DNA of 63,933 nucleotides, counting the filler, from Planctomycetota bacterium (GTDB taxonomy: Bacteria; Planctomycetota; Planctomycetia; JALXBF01), in NCBI GenBank assembly GCA_026991575.1. It is 7 parts of 7 records of this genome, joined end to end, with 100 filler letters (N's around TTAATTAATTAA, not from the genome) between each part and the next. Parts side by side here need not be neighbours in the genome. Positions count along the whole stretch, not along the records: positions 60,986 to 63,933 come from JALXBF010000189.1; 6 more parts are not named here. One strand, 5' to 3'. This document shows, piece after piece, positions 60,886 through 63,933 of this stretch. A model generated the notes under the pieces. That model was not told the origin of the DNA. It worked only from the letters and a program-made list of their open reading frames with translations, and did no database searches. The stretch's first letter is position 1. Each line of letters starts with the position of its first letter. The position numbers were made by a program, and so were the translations under genes.

Positions 60886-60987
60886 NNNNNNNNNNNNNNN
60901 NNNNNNNNNNNNNNNNNNNNNNNNNNNNNTTAATTAATTAANNNNNNNNNNNNNNNNNNNNNNNNNNNNNNNNNNNNNNNNNNNNCG

Positions 60988-62454
60988 GTCCGTGACCGCC
61001 GCACCGGCAGGCTCCTCGCCCGCTACCGCTACGACCTCCTGCGCCGGCGGATCGCCTCCGAAAGGCACCACCCCGACGGCACCGTCACCCGCAGGCTCTA
61101 CCTCTGGGAAGGCCCGCGGCTCCTGGCCGTCCTCGACGGCGACGGCCGGATCCTGCGGCAGTTCCTCTGGCTCGGCTGGCGGCCGGTGGCGATCCTCACG
61201 CCCGGGGGCACCTTCCACGTACACACCGACCACCGGGGCGCGCCGACGGAGGTGACGGACGAGGAAGGAAGGATCGTCTGGACGGCGGACTACGCCCCGT
61301 TCGGAAGGGCACAAGTCGACCCCGACCCCGACGGCGACGGCGAGGCCTTCGTCCTGCATCTGCGCCTGCCGGGCCAGTGGGAGGACCCGGCGACGGGTCT
61401 GCACTACAACCTCGCGCGCTGGTACGACCCGGAGACGGCGCGCTACCTCAGCCCCGACCCCATCGGCCAGGCGGGCGGCCTCAACCTCTACGCCTACGCC
61501 GCCGCCGACCCCATCAACCACATCGACCCCCGCGGCCTCTACGAGATCGACGTCCATTACTACCTGACGTACTTCCTCGCGCGCATGGCCGGCCTCCCGC
61601 CCCGGCTCGCCCTCACCATCGCCCTCGCCGCCCAGTACGTCGACGACAACCCGCTCACCGATCCGATTGGAGACATAGGCCGGGCACGCAGGCTCTACCA
61701 CTTCACCCAATCGCCGGCCGACGACAGCACCGTGGCCCCAGCGAAACGCTTTCGCAACCCTTGGAATCCGCAACTCGGTAACTTGCTCCGTCCTTTTACC
61801 TATACTTGGCTGTCGCCGTGTCAACGGGCGCAGTTCCTAGGAGAATTCCTCCATGCATTCCAAGATACCTTTTCACACCGCCGAGCTGGTAACAACGAAC
61901 CATACGGAGCCGGTGTAGGACACCTCGCCGACAATCATGACCCTGATCAGACGTACAATGTGCGCGAGTTTCAATGGAACGAGGCTCGGACGCTGCGAAT
62001 GGCGCGAGAGGTGTTCGAACGTCTTCGTGCGCTCTATGGTCTCGTAACCTACGATCGTGAGGGCTTCCCCGTCGAATTCGGGGACATCGAGCCTGTGGTG
62101 CGTGCTTTCATCGTAGTCGGCAAGGAAGCTGCTCGCAATGCGCCGAAGTGGGAGGATAATGTCGCGCTGGCGCTTCTCCACGGAGAGATCCCGAGGCCAA
62201 GCGAGTATCGTCTGCGGAAACGCCAGGAATTGGCCAGGAAACGGGCGATCCTAGATCAGGCGATGTCCTTGTACGGACTGGAAGCTGTGCCCGAGTATGA
62301 TCACGCGAAGGCTGAGCGCAACCGTGCGCGGTACTTCGCCGGGCTACGGCATGATCGGCCGCCTCAGCGCGATCGATTCGAAGGTGTCCTCTTCAATGAG
62401 GACGGGCGCATCGCCGATGACGAGATGGATGACACTGTCAGTTTATTAGATTAA
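60988..62454 (+). CDS. RHS protein C-terminus with a Zn-dependent phospholipase C/P1-nuclease-like toxin tip (5' partial)
   Basis: HTDHRGAP, LRLPGQW, YDPETARYLSPDPIG and DPRGL; tip has HYY...AQYVDD...HF...LHAFQDTFSH. Confidence 0.88.
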   Translation, partial: VRDRRTGRLLARYRYDLLRRRIASERHHPDGTVTRRLYLWEGPRLLAVLDGDGRILRQFLWLGWRPVAILTPGGTFHVHTDHRGAPTEVTDEEGRIVWTADYAPFGRAQVDPDPDGDGEAFVLHLRLPGQWEDPATGLHYNLARWYDPETARYLSPDPIGQAGGLNLYAYAAADPINHIDPRGLYEIDVHYYLTYFLARMAGLPPRLALTIALAAQYVDDNPLTDPIGDIGRARRLYHFTQSPADDSTVAPAKRFRNPWNPQLGNLLRPFTYTWLSPCQRAQFLGEFLHAFQDTFSHRRAGNNEPYGAGVGHLADNHDPDQTYNVREFQWNEARTLRMAREVFERLRALYGLVTYDREGFPVEFGDIEPVVRAFIVVGKEAARNAPKWEDNVALALLHGEIPRPSEYRLRKRQELARKRAILDQAMSLYGLEAVPEYDHAKAERNRARYFAGLRHDRPPQRDRFEGVLFNEDGRIADDEMDDTVSLLD

Positions 62455-62520
62455 AGCGTTGTAGGGGCTATCCGAACTGATAGATAGACGCGGGTCCACG
62501 AAGCGGGAGTTGTGGCAAGC

Positions 62521-63009
62521 ATGAGAAAGTGCCGTGGCGTCCAGAGCCTCGGGGTTGCTTTTGTGGGGTTTTTGGTTGGAAACGTCATCTATCTCCTGTT
62601 CATCATAGGAGGCCCGGTCTTGATCCATCCAGTATTCGACATATTTTGGGGGCCGCTTTGGCTCTATCTTGTGGAATTCTTTCCTCGGCAGCTGTGGGTG
62701 TACGGGCTTTGGTGGTCTGTGCTGCTGCTAGTGGGGTGCCGGCGGCACCGGGCATTTGCGGTGTTGCTATACGTCGTTCATGTGGTTGGAGGGCCGCTGA
62801 TGCGCTATTTGGTAAAGGGCGATCCTCCCTTTTATTTGAAGTATTGGTACAACCCCGTGCTGTGGCTTTATTGGGCGCCGATGGTTGGGTTTGCCGTGTG
62901 GTATTTCACCATGGTATTCGACATCAGTTGGCGGGATTTGTTGGTGCGGCTAGCGGGACGCGAGGGCGGAGCGCAAGGAACGAAAAGGAAGGGCGAGGCT
63001 GACGTTTAG
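62521..63009 (+). CDS. Polytopic membrane protein, candidate RHS immunity
   Basis: Low-GC, Trp/Tyr-rich, about four TM helices, directly after the toxin. Confidence 0.7.
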   Translation: MRKCRGVQSLGVAFVGFLVGNVIYLLFIIGGPVLIHPVFDIFWGPLWLYLVEFFPRQLWVYGLWWSVLLLVGCRRHRAFAVLLYVVHVVGGPLMRYLVKGDPPFYLKYWYNPVLWLYWAPMVGFAVWYFTMVFDISWRDLLVRLAGREGGAQGTKRKGEADV

Positions 63010-63024
63010 ACTGCGCGGTCGCGA

Positions 63025-63347
63025 ATGCAACGTGGAGTCCGTGGATGGTTCAGCATTTGGGGGCTGTGCGCTCTCCACACACTCCGCATGACACCGCTCG
63101 AACTCTACCGGCGAGCGATATCCGAGCGCGGGATGTCGCCGCGGCGGGTTGTACCAGCCCTCGATGAACTAGAAGACCGCCCGCCGCGCCTCGGCCGGCT
63201 GCGGAAGACGCACCGCTCGATCAGCTCACACTCCAGCGTCGCGAAGAAGTTCTCGGCCATGGCATTGTCGTAGCTGGCCTGGTCGGAATGATTCACACCC
63301 TCGGGGCGACGGTGCGCCAGGGCCATGGTGAGCGCCTCCAGCACCTC
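63025..63347 (-). mobile_element. IS3-family transposase remnant
   Basis: ALTMALAHRRPEGV.HSDQ and YDNAMAENFFATLECELIE, then frameshifted AEARRAVF*FIEGWYNPPRRHPALGYRSPVEFER. Confidence 0.85.
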
Positions 63348-63674
63348 CTTAATGAAATTCACTCAATGGTCGCTTGGCGTTATCCACTTTGGTGGATCCT
63401 GCTCTTGCTGGTTGCCTACCGTAGGTACCGTAAGACAGCGGTGGTTCTGTATGCAATACATGTGACAGGTGGTCCGCTGTTGCGCTATCTGCTCCATGGT
63501 GACGCACCTTTCTATTTGAAGAATCTCCATCAGCCGATGTTGTGGGTGCTATGGTCACCCTTTATCGTGTTCACGACTTGGTATTTCGCAGTGGCGTTCG
63601 GTATTCGGTGGGGCGAGGTCGCGCACCGCGCCCAGTCACGTTGGCGGGCGGGGCGTGGCCGGGGCCAAGAGTAG
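63348..63674 (+). pseudogene. 5'-truncated paralogue of the membrane immunity gene
   Basis: LWWILLLLVAYRRYRKTAVVLYAIHVTGGPLLRYLLHGDAPFYLK aligns with 62521-63009; the N-terminus is replaced by the IS remnant. Confidence 0.75.
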
Positions 63675-63687
63675 GAGTGCGCGTTCG

Positions 63688-63933
63688 GTGAAGAAGGGGT
63701 TAGCCGTTGAGCTATCCGCCACGTGCGCTTGGCTCCTCGGGCTCATGCTCGTGGTGGGGGTGTCCCCGCTATGCACGGCTTCGGGGGATGGTCTCCCGAT
63801 GGCAGGAATCCCGGACGGTCCCGGGGTGCCGCCGTGGCAGATGCTGTTCGGCTTGGTTCTTGGAGAGTCGAGCGAGGCGGAGCTTAGGTCGCGGATCCCT
63901 GACGTGAGGCGGACCGGGACCGACCGATACACG
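63688..63933 (+). CDS. Exported hypothetical protein (3' partial)
   Basis: AGGAG Shine-Dalgarno, GTG start, signal-peptide-like MKKGLAVELSATCAWLLGLMLVVG; open to the window end. Confidence 0.5.
   Translation, partial: MKKGLAVELSATCAWLLGLMLVVGVSPLCTASGDGLPMAGIPDGPGVPPWQMLFGLVLGESSEAELRSRIPDVRRTGTDRYT

Overview
The window is seven unlinked pieces of a GC-rich draft genome. They are joined by artificial 100-nt N spacers with a TTAATTAATTAA linker (4098-4197, 17533-17632, 30941-31040, 44036-44135, 57061-57160, 60886-60985). Pieces 2-5 are in descending length order, so adjacency across gaps means nothing. The gene content points to a Planctomycete: many PQQ-type beta-propellers, a LExRxLL export motif, Gld-like ABC genes, VWA/ExbBD/TPR genes and Top6B. 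The core-type part contains rsfS, two GT2 genes, a PQQ-propeller/Fe-ADH operon, a GldAFG-like ABC operon, a VWA-TPR-ExbB-ExbD-ExbD-TPR operon and top6B. The accessory part is the most interesting: (i) a three-gene DISARM-like defence cassette (type IIG-like methyltransferase with a repeated winged-helix-like tail, a 1770-aa DEAD/DUF1998/nuclease fusion, and a SNF2 helicase); (ii) a 2358-bp tandem duplication of an Rpn-family nuclease gene with a clear internal start for a short antitoxin form; (iii) ORF-less group II intron derivatives, including a ~192-bp unit made of a GC hairpin plus an intron 5' end, found at two loci; (iv) a SLOG plus AbiGi/ART-like fusion protein; (v) a recurring GT39 / exported-protein cassette and its decayed fragments; (vi) two RHS toxin loci, one followed by two paralogous ClpX-type zinc-finger proteins. 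All family calls come from motif recognition by eye; no database searches were run.
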